From: an uncultured delta proteobacterium
Lineage (GTDB): Bacteria > Myxococcota_A > UBA9160 > UBA4427
NCBI GenBank assembly: GCA_963822965.1
Contig: CAWGJT010000001.1
Location: 128,001 to 192,000, forward strand
Direction of reading: 5' to 3'
Length of the DNA stretch: 64,000 bases
Numbering within the stretch: the stretch's first letter is position 1; every line of letters starts with the position of its first letter. Position numbers and translations under genes: made by a program. The notes under the pieces are model-generated. The model saw only the letters and a program-made list of their open reading frames with translations. It had not been told where the DNA came from and did no database searches. Below, one piece after another: positions 1-11,083 of this stretch.

Positions 1-67
1 GCAACCAGGTGCGTTCGGCCTTGCGCTCATCGACCACCAGGACGCGCGGGTCTCGTCGGCTGCTCAC
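1..67 (-). CDS. Probable response-regulator receiver domain protein, 5' end only (runs off window)
   Basis: GTG at 67-65 after a G/A-rich RBS; translates (M)SSRRDPRVLVVDERKAERTWL, resembling the RVLVVDD start of REC domains; only 22 codons visible. Confidence 0.45.
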   Translation of the reverse strand, partial: MSSRRDPRVLVVDERKAERTWL

Positions 68-402
68 CTGCCCGGCTCCCCCCTCATGGGGTGGGTGACG
101 CCTCCGCAGGCACACGTGCCCCGCATGCCAGCGAATTTCGCCTGCATGACAGTCCTTCGGCGACGGGAGTTGCCGCCTTGATAGGGGACTGAGCGGGTCG
201 CGGGCGAAGGAGAGCCCGAGGCCCCCCACCCCCCGACGAGGCGCGCTCTCCGCGCCGGGACCATACCGAAAGCCCCGGGGGCGGCCGCCGGGGCCGCATC
301 GATTGTGGGCCGGCCGCGGGTCCGCGCGCTGCCGGGTGGGATTCGCCCCTCCGGGCTACCGCTCCGGGTCGAGCCGCGCGCCGGAGGCGAGCGCCGGCGC
401 CC

Positions 403-1896
403 TCAGGCTTCCGGAGCCGAGCGGGCCTCGGGGGGTGGCAGCACCTGGCGCCACTGGATGCCCGCGTCGGTGCTTCGCAGCACCCGGCCGCCCTGCCCCA
501 CGATGAAGCCGATGCGACCCGACGGCGAGAAGCCCACGTCGCGCATGAACGTGAACAGCTCGGGGAAGTCGCCGCCGGGCGGCTGCCGCCAGGTCTCGCC
601 GCTGTCGGACGAGACCCGCACCAGCCCCTTCTCGCCCACCGCCACGGCGCGCCCGCCCTCGACCGAGCCCACCGCGAAGAGCGCCTGCTTGCGGTCGATC
701 TTGCGGTACCGCCAGTGGCGGCCGCCGTCGTCGCTGCGCAGCACCACCCCGCCGAGACCGGCGATGAGGCCGTTCTGCTCGTCCCGGAAGCGCACCGTGA
801 AGAGGATCGGGTTCTGGATGACCTTCACCCGCATGCCCCCCTTGTCGGCACGCCGACTGGCCAGGTAGCGCTGCAGGAACTGCGGATCGTCGTCGAGGTA
901 GTCCTCGTAGTCCCAGGGCGGCTGGCCGCGCAGGCGGATGCGGGACGAGTCGATGCCCGCCTCCTCGATCACGATCCGCGCCTCCTGCATGCGGGCCTCG
1001 AGGATCTCGAAGAGCTCGGTCGGGTCTTCGGGCCGGCCGAAGTTGCGGATCTCCTCGGGGCTCGCGTACGCCTCGATGGCGACGTTCAGGTGCAGGTCGT
1101 TGATGATGCTCTTGGCGAAGTTCCGCAGCGCGGGCTTGCGGTCCTCCGGCACGCGCAGGGTGTTGTAGGGCACCTCGATGGGATCGAGCACCACCGAGCC
1201 CTCGATCTGAGAGGGCTGCCAGGTCGCTCCCGCGTCCTCCGAGTAGAAGAGGTAGCCGAACTCTCCGATCAGCCAGCACTTCTGCGAGCCGTGCAGGCAG
1301 TTCACGTCGTTCAGGGTGACGTCGTCGTAGACGTTCTCGCCGTTGCGAACCTTCTCCTGCTCCTCGGGGTTCAGCCAGACGAACATGCGGTGGTTGACGT
1401 CGATGGTGAACGACTGGTCCTGCCAGGTCTTGCCTCCGTCCGTCGTGCGGATGCGGGTTCCCCACTCCCCGACGGCGAGCGCCGTATCGGCGTCGATCGC
1501 GGACACGGAGAAGAGGTGCGTACCCTCCTCCTCCTTCACGTTCGGCTGCCGCGTCCAGTGGCGTCCGCCGTCCTCGGTGCGCAGGATGAGACCGCGCTGC
1601 CCGACGGCCCAGCCGTGCTGCGAGTCTCCCATGGAGACGCTGTAGAGCGACCTCAGGGTGTCGGTGGTGCCCTGGACCCAGGTCTCGCCCCCGTCGGCGG
1701 TCGCGTAGGCGGCTCCGTAGTAGCCCACCGCGACGGCCTGCTCGTCGTCGACGACGGAGATCGCATAGAGATCGTCGTAGATGACGATGTCGCCGCCGGT
1801 CCCGCGGCTGAAGTCGAGGTGCGTCTCGTGGCAGCCCAGGCTCGCGACCAGCAGCAGTGCGGCGCAGGAGAGGGACGAGCGGAGACCATGCGTCAT
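403..1896 (-). CDS. YCF48-related/BNR-repeat beta-propeller lipoprotein with an inserted OmpA-like domain
   Basis: ATG 1896 (MTHGLRSS), lipobox-like LVASLGC; repeated Asp-box motifs TADGGETW, TEDGGRHW, TTDGGKTW, SEDAGATW, SDDGGRHW, SSDSGETW, STDAGIQW. Confidence 0.8.
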   Translation of the reverse strand: MTHGLRSSLSCAALLLVASLGCHETHLDFSRGTGGDIVIYDDLYAISVVDDEQAVAVGYYGAAYATADGGETWVQGTTDTLRSLYSVSMGDSQHGWAVGQRGLILRTEDGGRHWTRQPNVKEEEGTHLFSVSAIDADTALAVGEWGTRIRTTDGGKTWQDQSFTIDVNHRMFVWLNPEEQEKVRNGENVYDDVTLNDVNCLHGSQKCWLIGEFGYLFYSEDAGATWQPSQIEGSVVLDPIEVPYNTLRVPEDRKPALRNFAKSIINDLHLNVAIEAYASPEEIRNFGRPEDPTELFEILEARMQEARIVIEEAGIDSSRIRLRGQPPWDYEDYLDDDPQFLQRYLASRRADKGGMRVKVIQNPILFTVRFRDEQNGLIAGLGGVVLRSDDGGRHWRYRKIDRKQALFAVGSVEGGRAVAVGEKGLVRVSSDSGETWRQPPGGDFPELFTFMRDVGFSPSGRIGFIVGQGGRVLRSTDAGIQWRQVLPPPEARSAPEA

Positions 1897-1997
1897 CGGG
1901 GGGGTCCTTGGTGGAGGGGCTCGAGATCGGCCGGAAGCCAGACGGAGCCGGGGTCGGGAGCATCGCTCCCGACCCCGCCCGAATGCGTACGAACGCG

Positions 1998-3323
1998 CTA
2001 GCGGCCCTTGGTGAGGCGGCCGACGTCGATGTAGCGCCGGATCTTGCCCTTGCTCTTGAGCGGCGTGCCGTAGATGTCCCAGAACTCGATCCGGTTGCCG
2101 GTACCCGTCTGGACGTTGGTGATGATGTCCGAGACGATGCGCAGGTCCCGGGGCTCGGGCACGCCTTCCCAGCCGGGGTAGTAGTCGGCCGTCAGCTTGT
2201 CCTGACTCCAGCGCTTGTTGTGCCAGATGATCTTCCAGAGCTCTTCCTTCTGGTCGTAGGCGAAGGAGTAGAGCGCCTTGACGGTCTGCTTGTCGAGGTA
2301 GATGTCCTTGTGGTGGTAGGGATGGTCCGGGTTCTTGGGAATGAAGCGGACCTTCACCGCATGGCGCATCTCCCAGCGATCGTCGGCGAAGGAGAGCCCA
2401 TAGGGGCCGAAGTTGTGGTCCCGGTCGTAGGGATAGCCCTTGACCTTGGTGTTCGTCGGCGCGAGCAGGTCCATCTCGCCCAGGCACTGCCACTCGTACT
2501 GCGGCGGAATGCCGGCGAAGCTGCGGAGGTCGTCGAACGTGAAGTCGGTGCCCGAGATGGAGTCGGTCCGCTGTGCGGAAGAGATCCGCCGCACGCGGCG
2601 CAGAGTCGGCACGTAGACCCAGGTGTCGTCGTTCTTCGCGTCCGCCCGGGGCAGGTCGGCCGACTTGTATCGGTAGCTCATGAGCATGATGCCGCGGGCG
2701 TCGAAGGGGGCCGTCACGTCCACGCCGAAGGCCATCTTGCGCTTCTCACCCCGGAAGACGTCGCCGCCGTCCTTGGCGTACTCCGGCTCGACGCGGTGGG
2801 AGAGCTGGATCGACTTCGAGGTGCCCTCGTAGTAGAGGGGCAGCTCCTCGCCCCGGTCCCAGTACGAGTAGTAGAAGCTCGCCTGAGCCCCGGCACCCAC
2901 CCACGTATAGTCGAAGTCCCACATGATCTTGGTGCCGGCCTGGGGATCACCCAGGCAGTCGATCTGGTCGATCGGGAAGGGCCGACCCGAGGTGTAGTTC
3001 TCGAGGCTGCCGTCGGGACCGATGCGGGCGGTGCCCTCGAACTTCTTGGTGGCGGCCTTGTAGGCGTCGGCGGGGCTGTAATCCCGGAAGGAGGGACCGA
3101 TCTCCAGCCGCATGCCCTCGTAGAAGAAGAAGTCGCGGTTGTTCCAGAACTCCTCGGGCAGGTAGCGGCGAAGGGCGTCCAGCTTGTCGAACGTGATGAT
3201 GTCGCCTTCCTTGAAGGTGGGCCCCGCACCGCCGGCGTCCTCCTGGGCCAGGGCCGGCGCAGCGGACAGCACCAGCGCGGCCATGCCGAGCCAGGCGATC
3301 CAGTTCGTTCGGGATCCGTTCAT
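1998..3323 (-). CDS. DUF1329 family periplasmic protein (LolA-like/outer-membrane lipoprotein-sorting fold)
   Basis: Signal peptide (MNGSRTNW...APALA); WVYVPTLRRVRRIS and DSISGTDFTFDD motifs, RWEMRHAVKV and HPYHHKDIYLD typical of DUF1329. Confidence 0.8.
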   Translation of the reverse strand: MNGSRTNWIAWLGMAALVLSAAPALAQEDAGGAGPTFKEGDIITFDKLDALRRYLPEEFWNNRDFFFYEGMRLEIGPSFRDYSPADAYKAATKKFEGTARIGPDGSLENYTSGRPFPIDQIDCLGDPQAGTKIMWDFDYTWVGAGAQASFYYSYWDRGEELPLYYEGTSKSIQLSHRVEPEYAKDGGDVFRGEKRKMAFGVDVTAPFDARGIMLMSYRYKSADLPRADAKNDDTWVYVPTLRRVRRISSAQRTDSISGTDFTFDDLRSFAGIPPQYEWQCLGEMDLLAPTNTKVKGYPYDRDHNFGPYGLSFADDRWEMRHAVKVRFIPKNPDHPYHHKDIYLDKQTVKALYSFAYDQKEELWKIIWHNKRWSQDKLTADYYPGWEGVPEPRDLRIVSDIITNVQTGTGNRIEFWDIYGTPLKSKGKIRRYIDVGRLTKGR

Positions 3324-3534
3324 TTCGTTGCTCCTCGCTTCCGATTTTCGGGACGGCGACGAACGGGCCCGGCGAGACGCAGGCGCGACCCGGGCCCAGC
3401 TCGAAACTCGTGTGCAGAACGTGCCGTATCGTGGTGTTTCTAGACTAGGGCGGGCAGAATTGTAAAGGCAAAGATCCGCGCCCGCCCCCACGTCCTTCGC
3501 GTCCCGTCCACCCAGCCCTTCGATCCGGGGTAAA

Positions 3535-5040
3535 ATGACTGCCTCCTTGACGCCTCCCACCCCGCCCGATCCCCGAAGCGATTCGGAGACGGCGGGCGGA
3601 CCCCACGGCGGCGAGCGTGCCCCCGTGGGGCCCAACGCTTCGTCGGACTCCGGTGGGACCGGCCAGCCGAGGCGCCTGTCCGCGTTGAGACAAGCCACGG
3701 ATCGAAACCGTTTCATGCTGCGGACGAGCGGCGTGACGGCGGCGCTCGCCCTCATTTGCTTCCTCGCGGCCGCGGCGCTGCGACACGGCCTGGGCGCCGT
3801 GCTCGATCGCCTGAAACCGCGTGCCGCACGTGCCGCACGCCGCACCGCGCGCCGTACGGCGAGCGTCCGCGCGCTCGTCGCGCGGCTCGGCCGGCTCAAG
3901 GGCGCGTTCGTGAAGGCGGGCCAGTTCGCGGCGGTCCGCCACGATCTGGTTCCGCAGGGTGCTGCCGAAGCGCTCGCGTCCCTGCAGAGCCGCGTGCCCC
4001 CCCTGGCGTTCGCTCACGTCCGCGACGTCATCGAGGCCGAGCTGCGGGCGCCCGTGGACACACTCTTCGCCGAGATCGATCCCCTGCCCCTCGGCGCCGC
4101 GTCCGTCGCCCAGGTGCATCGCGCCCGCCTGCTCTCGGGCGAGAGCGTCGCGGTGAAGGTGCAGTATCCCTGGGTGCGCGCGTCGCTGGACGCCGACCTC
4201 GCGCTGCTGCGCGCCGTCCTGCGCCTGGCGGAGTGGTGGAGCGGGCGCCGCATCCCCGACCGGCGCGGGCTCTTCGAGGAGTTCCGCAACGGGCTCCTCG
4301 AGGAGCTCGACTTCGTCCACGAGGGTCGGGTCGCCGAGGAGATCGCTCGCAACCTGGCGGGCGATCCCCAGATCGCGGTGCCCCGCATCATCGCGTCGCA
4401 CTCCACCGGGCGGGTGCTCACCATGAGCTACTGCGAGACCATCCCGATCACCGACGCGGCGGCGCTCGTCGCCCGGGACGTCTCGCCGGCCGCGGTGCTC
4501 GAGGTGCTCGGTCGAGCGTACGCCAAGCAGATCTTCGTCGACGGGCTGTTCCACGCCGACCCCCACCCCGGCAACCTCTTCGTGGTGGACGAGCCCGAGG
4601 CCCGGTCGCGACCCCGGGTCCTCTTCGTCGACTTCGGACTCTCCCGTCGGCTCTCGCCGGCGCTGCGCAGCAACCTGCGCCACGGCCTCTACGCCGTGCT
4701 TCGATCCGACGTGGACGCCTTCGTCGAACGCATCGACGCGCTGGGGATGATCGCGCCCGGCGCGGAGGCGGGCGTGCGGAGCGCGGTGACACGGATGTTC
4801 GAACGCATCCGCGAGAGCGGCGGCGGACTGGCCGTGCCGGGTCGGGCGATCCTCGGGCTGAAGGACGAGGCCAAGGTGCTGCTGCGCGAGACGCCGGGCC
4901 TGCAGCTGCCCAACGACCTCCTTCTGTATGCGCGAACCCTCACCTACCTGTTCGCGCTCGGCGACCGGCTCGCCCCCGAGGTCGACCTGTTGAAGCTCGC
5001 CACCCCCCACCTCCTTCGCTTCCTCGCCGAGAAGGACTGA
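3535..5040 (+). CDS. AarF/ABC1/UbiB family atypical kinase
   Basis: KGAFVKAGQF, AASVAQVHRA, VAVKVQYP, ELDF, FHADPHPGN, VDFG motifs; start may be ATG 3715. Confidence 0.88.
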   Translation: MTASLTPPTPPDPRSDSETAGGPHGGERAPVGPNASSDSGGTGQPRRLSALRQATDRNRFMLRTSGVTAALALICFLAAAALRHGLGAVLDRLKPRAARAARRTARRTASVRALVARLGRLKGAFVKAGQFAAVRHDLVPQGAAEALASLQSRVPPLAFAHVRDVIEAELRAPVDTLFAEIDPLPLGAASVAQVHRARLLSGESVAVKVQYPWVRASLDADLALLRAVLRLAEWWSGRRIPDRRGLFEEFRNGLLEELDFVHEGRVAEEIARNLAGDPQIAVPRIIASHSTGRVLTMSYCETIPITDAAALVARDVSPAAVLEVLGRAYAKQIFVDGLFHADPHPGNLFVVDEPEARSRPRVLFVDFGLSRRLSPALRSNLRHGLYAVLRSDVDAFVERIDALGMIAPGAEAGVRSAVTRMFERIRESGGGLAVPGRAILGLKDEAKVLLRETPGLQLPNDLLLYARTLTYLFALGDRLAPEVDLLKLATPHLLRFLAEKD

Positions 5041-5068
5041 GGGAACGCGGCGGCGAACAACCACCGGG

Positions 5069-5107
5069 GCAAGGCGGCGAAGAACCCACGCAAGGCGGCG
5101 AAGAACC
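5069..5107. repeat. Short tandem repeat between convergent genes
   Basis: GCAAGGCGGCGAAGAACC at 5069-5086 and 5090-5107, plus a degenerate copy GGCGGCGAACAACC at 5049-5062. Confidence 0.6.
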
Positions 5108-5128
5108 GAGGCGACCCTCCCGACCGGA

Positions 5129-6349
5129 TCAGGAGCCCGAACGCGTCCCCGAGAGCCGAAGTCCCTGGAGCCGGATGAAGCCGCCGGCGTCGGCCTGGTC
5201 GTAGACGCCCCCGTCCTCCTCGAAGGTGACGAGATCCTCGGAATAGAGCGAGAGCGGCGAGCGACGGCCGGTCACGCGGACGGCTCCCTTGTAGAGCTTC
5301 ACGCGGACCTCGCCCGTCACGTTGCGCTGCGACTCGTCGATCGCGGCGCGCAGGAAGTCCATCTCGGGCGAGAACCAGAAGCCGTTGTAGATCAGCTCGG
5401 CGAAGCGCGGGACCAGCCGGTCCTTCTCGTGCATCACCTCGCGATCGAGGGTGATGGACTCCATGGCCCGGTGCGCCACGTGGAGCACGGTGCCGCCCGG
5501 GGTCTCGTAGACGCCGCGCGATTTGAGACCCACGAAGCGGTTCTCCACCAGGTCGACGCGCCCCACCCCGTGGGTCCCGGCGATGCGGTTCAGCCGGGCG
5601 AGCAGCGCGGCGGGCGCCAGCGACTCACCGTCCACCGACACGGCGTTGCCGGCCTCGAAGCCGATCACCAGCTCCTGGGACTCATCGGGCGCGCGCTCCG
5701 GCGACTGCGTGAGCAGGAACATCTCCTCCTCGGGGGCGCGCCAGGGGTCCTCGAGGATGCCACCCTCGAACGAGCAGTGCAGCAGGTTGCGGTCGATCGA
5801 GTAGGGCTTCTTGAGCGTGGCGGAGACCGGAATCTCGAACTTCTGCGCGTAGCTCATGCAGTCCGTGCGCGAGCGCAGGTCCCACTCGCGCCAGGGAGCG
5901 ATCACCCGCAGCTCGGGCGCGAGCGCGCGGAAGGTCAGCTCGAAGCGGACCTGATCGTTCCCCTTGCCGGTGGCACCGTGGGCCACGGCGTCGCAACCCG
6001 TCTCCCGCGCCACGTCCACGTGGTGCTTGGCGATGAGCGGGCGCGCCAGCGCCGTCCCCAGCAGGTAGACGCCTTCGTAGATCGCGCCGCCGCGGACGGC
6101 CGGGAACACGTAGTCCCGCACGAACTCCTCGCGCACGTCGCGGATCACGCACGTCTCGGCGCCCGTCGCGCGCGACTTCTCGGGCAGCCCGGAGAGCTCC
6201 TCCTCCTGCCCCACGTCCGCGCAGTAGGCCACGACCTCGCAGCCGTACTCCTCGATCAGCCAACGCAGGATGACGGAGGTGTCGAGACCCCCGCTGTAGG
6301 CGAGGCAGACGCGCTTGGGAGGGTTGAGGCTGGCCTTCTTTCCGGGCAT
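5129..6349 (-). CDS. argG: Argininosuccinate synthase
   Basis: [41 protein letters not shown] motifs. Confidence 0.97.
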   Translation of the reverse strand: MPGKKASLNPPKRVCLAYSGGLDTSVILRWLIEEYGCEVVAYCADVGQEEELSGLPEKSRATGAETCVIRDVREEFVRDYVFPAVRGGAIYEGVYLLGTALARPLIAKHHVDVARETGCDAVAHGATGKGNDQVRFELTFRALAPELRVIAPWREWDLRSRTDCMSYAQKFEIPVSATLKKPYSIDRNLLHCSFEGGILEDPWRAPEEEMFLLTQSPERAPDESQELVIGFEAGNAVSVDGESLAPAALLARLNRIAGTHGVGRVDLVENRFVGLKSRGVYETPGGTVLHVAHRAMESITLDREVMHEKDRLVPRFAELIYNGFWFSPEMDFLRAAIDESQRNVTGEVRVKLYKGAVRVTGRRSPLSLYSEDLVTFEEDGGVYDQADAGGFIRLQGLRLSGTRSGS

Positions 6350-6378
6350 GGCGGCTCTCCGGGGATTCAGGAGGCCGG

Positions 6379-6406
6379 ATTCTACCCCGTCGCCGGGGAT
6401 TTTCAG
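6379..6406 (-). promoter_or_regulatory. Possible sigma70-type promoter for argG
   Basis: CTGAAA-16 nt-TAGAAT on the minus strand, about 30 nt upstream of the argG ATG. Confidence 0.35.
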
Positions 6407-7377
6407 GCGGGTCGGCCGGCGAGCGGGAGGCGGATGGCGGTGGCGCGGCCCGCCTTCGCGAGGCGCACGGTGTGAACCCGGCCTCCGTGCGGCGCGACGG
6501 CTTCACACAGGGACTGGGGCTCGCGGCCCTCCGGCTCGTCGTCACCGCTGCCACGGGGACGATCGACGAGCGTCACGAGCACCGCGCGCTGGCCGCCTCG
6601 ACCCATGGTCCGGGCACTCAGGGTGAGGGTGCTGCCCGCCTCGGCGGTGGCCAGCCGCAGGCGCAGCAGGCGCACCAGCGCCGCTTCCAGCACGTCGGGG
6701 TCGCCGCTCGCGGCGGGAAGCTGGGCGGGGACCAGCAGGTCCAGGCGCAGGCCGGCCACCTCGAAGGCTTCTCCCACCCGGGCAGCCACCTCGTGGACCG
6801 TCCGCACCGGGTCGAGCTCTGCGTTCGCAGCCACCTCGCCGCCCCGCCCGTCGAGCGCGGCGCCGAGCTCGTCGCTCCACTTCCGGGCGCGGCTCAGCGC
6901 CGAGATGCCTCGCTCGACGGCGCTGCGGAAGGCCTCGTTGCGCCGGCCGCCGGTCTGGTCGATGAGCTGCTCGAGGGACGCCGTCGCCTCTTCGAGGGGC
7001 TCCTCCATCTCGCGGTGGACCGCCTGCAGCTTGGCGTCGATGGCCGGCTCGTCGAGCAGCAGCACGACCACGCCCACCCGATCCTGGCGCTCCTCGCCCG
7101 GCGCCTCGATGGGCGAAGCCAGCCCCAGATATCCGCGCCGTTCCTCGCGCATGCGGAATCGCGCGGTGCGACCGTTGGCGCACACCTCGGCCACCGCCGT
7201 CAGCACCGCCTCCCGGCCGCCCCCCTCGAAGAGCGCGGCGAGCTCCCGGCCCTGCACCGGCTCGCCATCCTCCGCGAAGCGGCGTTCGAACGCCGGGTTG
7301 GCGTAGACGACCCGGCCCTCCGGATCGATCACCAGGCAGGGCGCGTCGAGGAACGAGAGCAGCGAGACGCCTTCCAT
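6403..7377 (-). CDS. PAS domain protein with degenerate HisKA/HATPase-like region (probable pseudo-histidine kinase)
   Basis: ATG 7377 overlaps the upstream TGA; PAS signature [31 protein letters not shown]-box-like segment; [24 protein letters not shown] and AIRLPL remnants of HATPase without N/G boxes. Confidence 0.7.
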   Translation of the reverse strand: MEGVSLLSFLDAPCLVIDPEGRVVYANPAFERRFAEDGEPVQGRELAALFEGGGREAVLTAVAEVCANGRTARFRMREERRGYLGLASPIEAPGEERQDRVGVVVLLLDEPAIDAKLQAVHREMEEPLEEATASLEQLIDQTGGRRNEAFRSAVERGISALSRARKWSDELGAALDGRGGEVAANAELDPVRTVHEVAARVGEAFEVAGLRLDLLVPAQLPAASGDPDVLEAALVRLLRLRLATAEAGSTLTLSARTMGRGGQRAVLVTLVDRPRGSGDDEPEGREPQSLCEAVAPHGGRVHTVRLAKAGRATAIRLPLAGRPA

Positions 7378-7961
7378 CAGGCCTGCATCTCCACGATGTC
7401 CGCGTCGAGCAGGTGGCCCACGATGCGCAGCGCCTCGAACGCGTCCATGCCGGACAGCGAGATGAGGTCCGAGATGGGGGTGATGCCGTCGATCAACGAC
7501 AGCATGAAGCCGGCGTCGGAAGGCAGGTTGTAGCCCTTGAGGTCGCCCGCGGCGCCCCGCAGCGTCGGCACCCCGTCCAGGCGACCGACGCGCTCGGTGT
7601 ACTGCCGCAGCAGGCGGCTCCGGACGATCTCGAGGGTGGCCTCGAACTCGAGGGCGGCCGGCTCCGAGTCGCCGGGGCTGCGCAGGAGGTCGAACGCGCC
7701 CTCCCAGTCGCCCTTCGTGACCAGGTCGCCGACGGCGTGCACGATGTGGCGGCAGGTGTCCGACATCTGCTCGTCGAGCGGCAGACGACGCTGCTCCCGG
7801 CGATCGGCCGTCTGGATGTAGTCCAGCGCCTCCGGATTCTTCGGGTCGATCGCCAGCACGCGACGCCAGGTCTGGATCGCCTTCCCGATCGCGTCTTCGC
7901 CATACTGGTCGAGCCCCTCCGCCAGGAGCCGCGCGATCTCGGCCTTCTTGGCTTCCTCCAT
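7377..7961 (-). CDS. TPR plus C-terminal winged-helix-like domain protein
   Basis: N-terminal TPR (AIQTWRRVLAIDPKNPEALDYI); C-terminal GFMLSLIDGITPISDL...GM...LL segment. Confidence 0.75.
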   Translation of the reverse strand: MEEAKKAEIARLLAEGLDQYGEDAIGKAIQTWRRVLAIDPKNPEALDYIQTADRREQRRLPLDEQMSDTCRHIVHAVGDLVTKGDWEGAFDLLRSPGDSEPAALEFEATLEIVRSRLLRQYTERVGRLDGVPTLRGAAGDLKGYNLPSDAGFMLSLIDGITPISDLISLSGMDAFEALRIVGHLLDADIVEMQA

Positions 7962-7967
7962 GCTCGC

Positions 7968-9535
<1,568 letters not shown>

Positions 9536-9539
<4 letters not shown>

Positions 9540-10804
9540 CTCGTCCCCCCATGCACTGCTCGACGCGGCTTCAGCCTGCCCAGCAATCTGCGCGCTTCCT
9601 CGTCGCCGGCGTCGAGCTCGAGCGCCCGCTCCAGCTCCACGATCGCGTGGCCCTGGTCACCGCTCTCGGCCAGTGCCTGCGCCAGGCTCGTGTGATACCG
9701 CCCCACTTCGGGGCTGTGCTCGACGGCGCGCTCCGCATACTCGCGTGCCTCTACCTTGTCGCCCAGGGCGAGCGCGCCCCGCGCGGCCATGTCGTTCAGC
9801 TCCGGATCGTGGGGCCGGTGGAGCAGCGCCTCCTCGCAGCGCTTGAATCCCGCCTTCCAATCCGCGACGTCCTTCCACTCCTTCGCCTCGCGGAGCAGCG
9901 CGTCCACACGCGCGGTCGAAATGCCCGACTGGATGTCCGCGAAGGCCTGCTTGTAGGTCTCTTCGTGGGGGTCGAAGGCGATGGCCAGCCGGATGCTCGA
10001 GGCGGCCTCGAGGTGATGTCCGTTCTCCGCCCACGTGCGGGCCGAATCGTAGAAGCTGCGCGCCTTCCGCCGCCGTTCGTTCAGGATCGATTCGGGAATC
10101 TTGAACGGCATGCGCTGGCGGAGTCGCTCGAGGGGTGTCTGCGGGACGGGCGCCGCGGTCCCCGACGCGGGTGCCGCCGCCGTCCGGGCCTGGGCGGTCA
10201 CCATCGCCTTCTGCACCTCGGCCCGGGTCGCCGGGTCGGAGAGGAGCTCGTAGGCCTCGAGCACCTTCTTGAAGATGGCTTCGAGGTGCGCCTTGTACCC
10301 GCCGATCTCCTTGCGGAAGTAACGGTCCGGGTGGAAGTCCCGGGACAGGGCGCGGTAGGCCTTCTTGATCGCCTTGCCGTCGGCGTTCGACGAGACGCCG
10401 AGGATCTCGGCGTAGCCGCAGCCCAGGCGGCCGCGCATCTCGAGGATCCGGCGCTGGCTCTCCACGTCGATGTCGAGGCTCGGATCGAGGGCGCTCTCGT
10501 CGAGCGCGCCGGGCACCGGGTCCGGCGCCTTCACCCGGGCGGACGGGGGCGCCACGGGCCGGGGCCGGCGCTCCACGCCGCCCATCTCGATCACGCCGTC
10601 CGACAGCCACATCTCGATGCACATGTCGACTTCGTCGGTGGTCATGCCGCCGATCTCCCGCAGCAGACGCCACGGGGTATGTCCGTCGATTCGGGAGAGC
10701 AGGTATCCCTCCGCGGCGCTGAGACGAAGGCTCGTCGGATCGCACCCCGCGCGCAGGCACGGAGTCCGTCCGAGGTCTTCCTCGGAAACAGCACCCAGAT
10801 CCAT
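9536..10804 (-). CDS. J-domain co-chaperone with N-terminal winged-helix-like domain and C-terminal TPRs
   Basis: ATG 10804 (MDLGAVSEE) after GAGGA; YAEILGV...[17 protein letters not shown]...EAYELLSDP with intact HPD; TPR-like C-terminus; stop overlaps the dnaK start (ATGA). Confidence 0.88.
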
Positions 10805-11083
10805 ATCGTCCTCGCGAGAGCGGGCGCGCGAGCCCGTCCCTCGACGCATCTGATCGGAGACACGCAGGCAAAAGCTGAGGATCCAGGCGCGATGCGGTGG
10901 GATACCCCCGCAGGGAACACCTCGTCCTGGAAGACCTCGGGAGTGAGGGGAAGACCCGAGGCTCGGTGGTCCGCCAGGACCGGACGGAAGACGACCGATT
11001 CTGACGGGTGGGGAGGCCGCGGGCAGGCGGCTGGGCGCGCGCGGTCGCCAGGAGGGGCGCGGGCCGCCCCGGGGCCGAGCGCG

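Noticed and set aside
100..130. Sigma54 promoter-like GGCACG...TGC upstream of the first partial gene (similar case near 3413-3428)
   Set aside because: The GG-to-GC spacing deviates from the strict -24/-12 requirement
403..1896. YCF48 similarity as evidence of photosystem II
   Set aside because: The family label reflects generic BNR propeller repeats; no photosynthesis genes are present
10860..11000. c-di-GMP riboswitch or 6S RNA in the argF to J-protein gap
   Set aside because: Only a GGCAAAA fragment matches; the consensus elements and long-rod architecture are not recognisable, so it is kept only as an unassigned structured region
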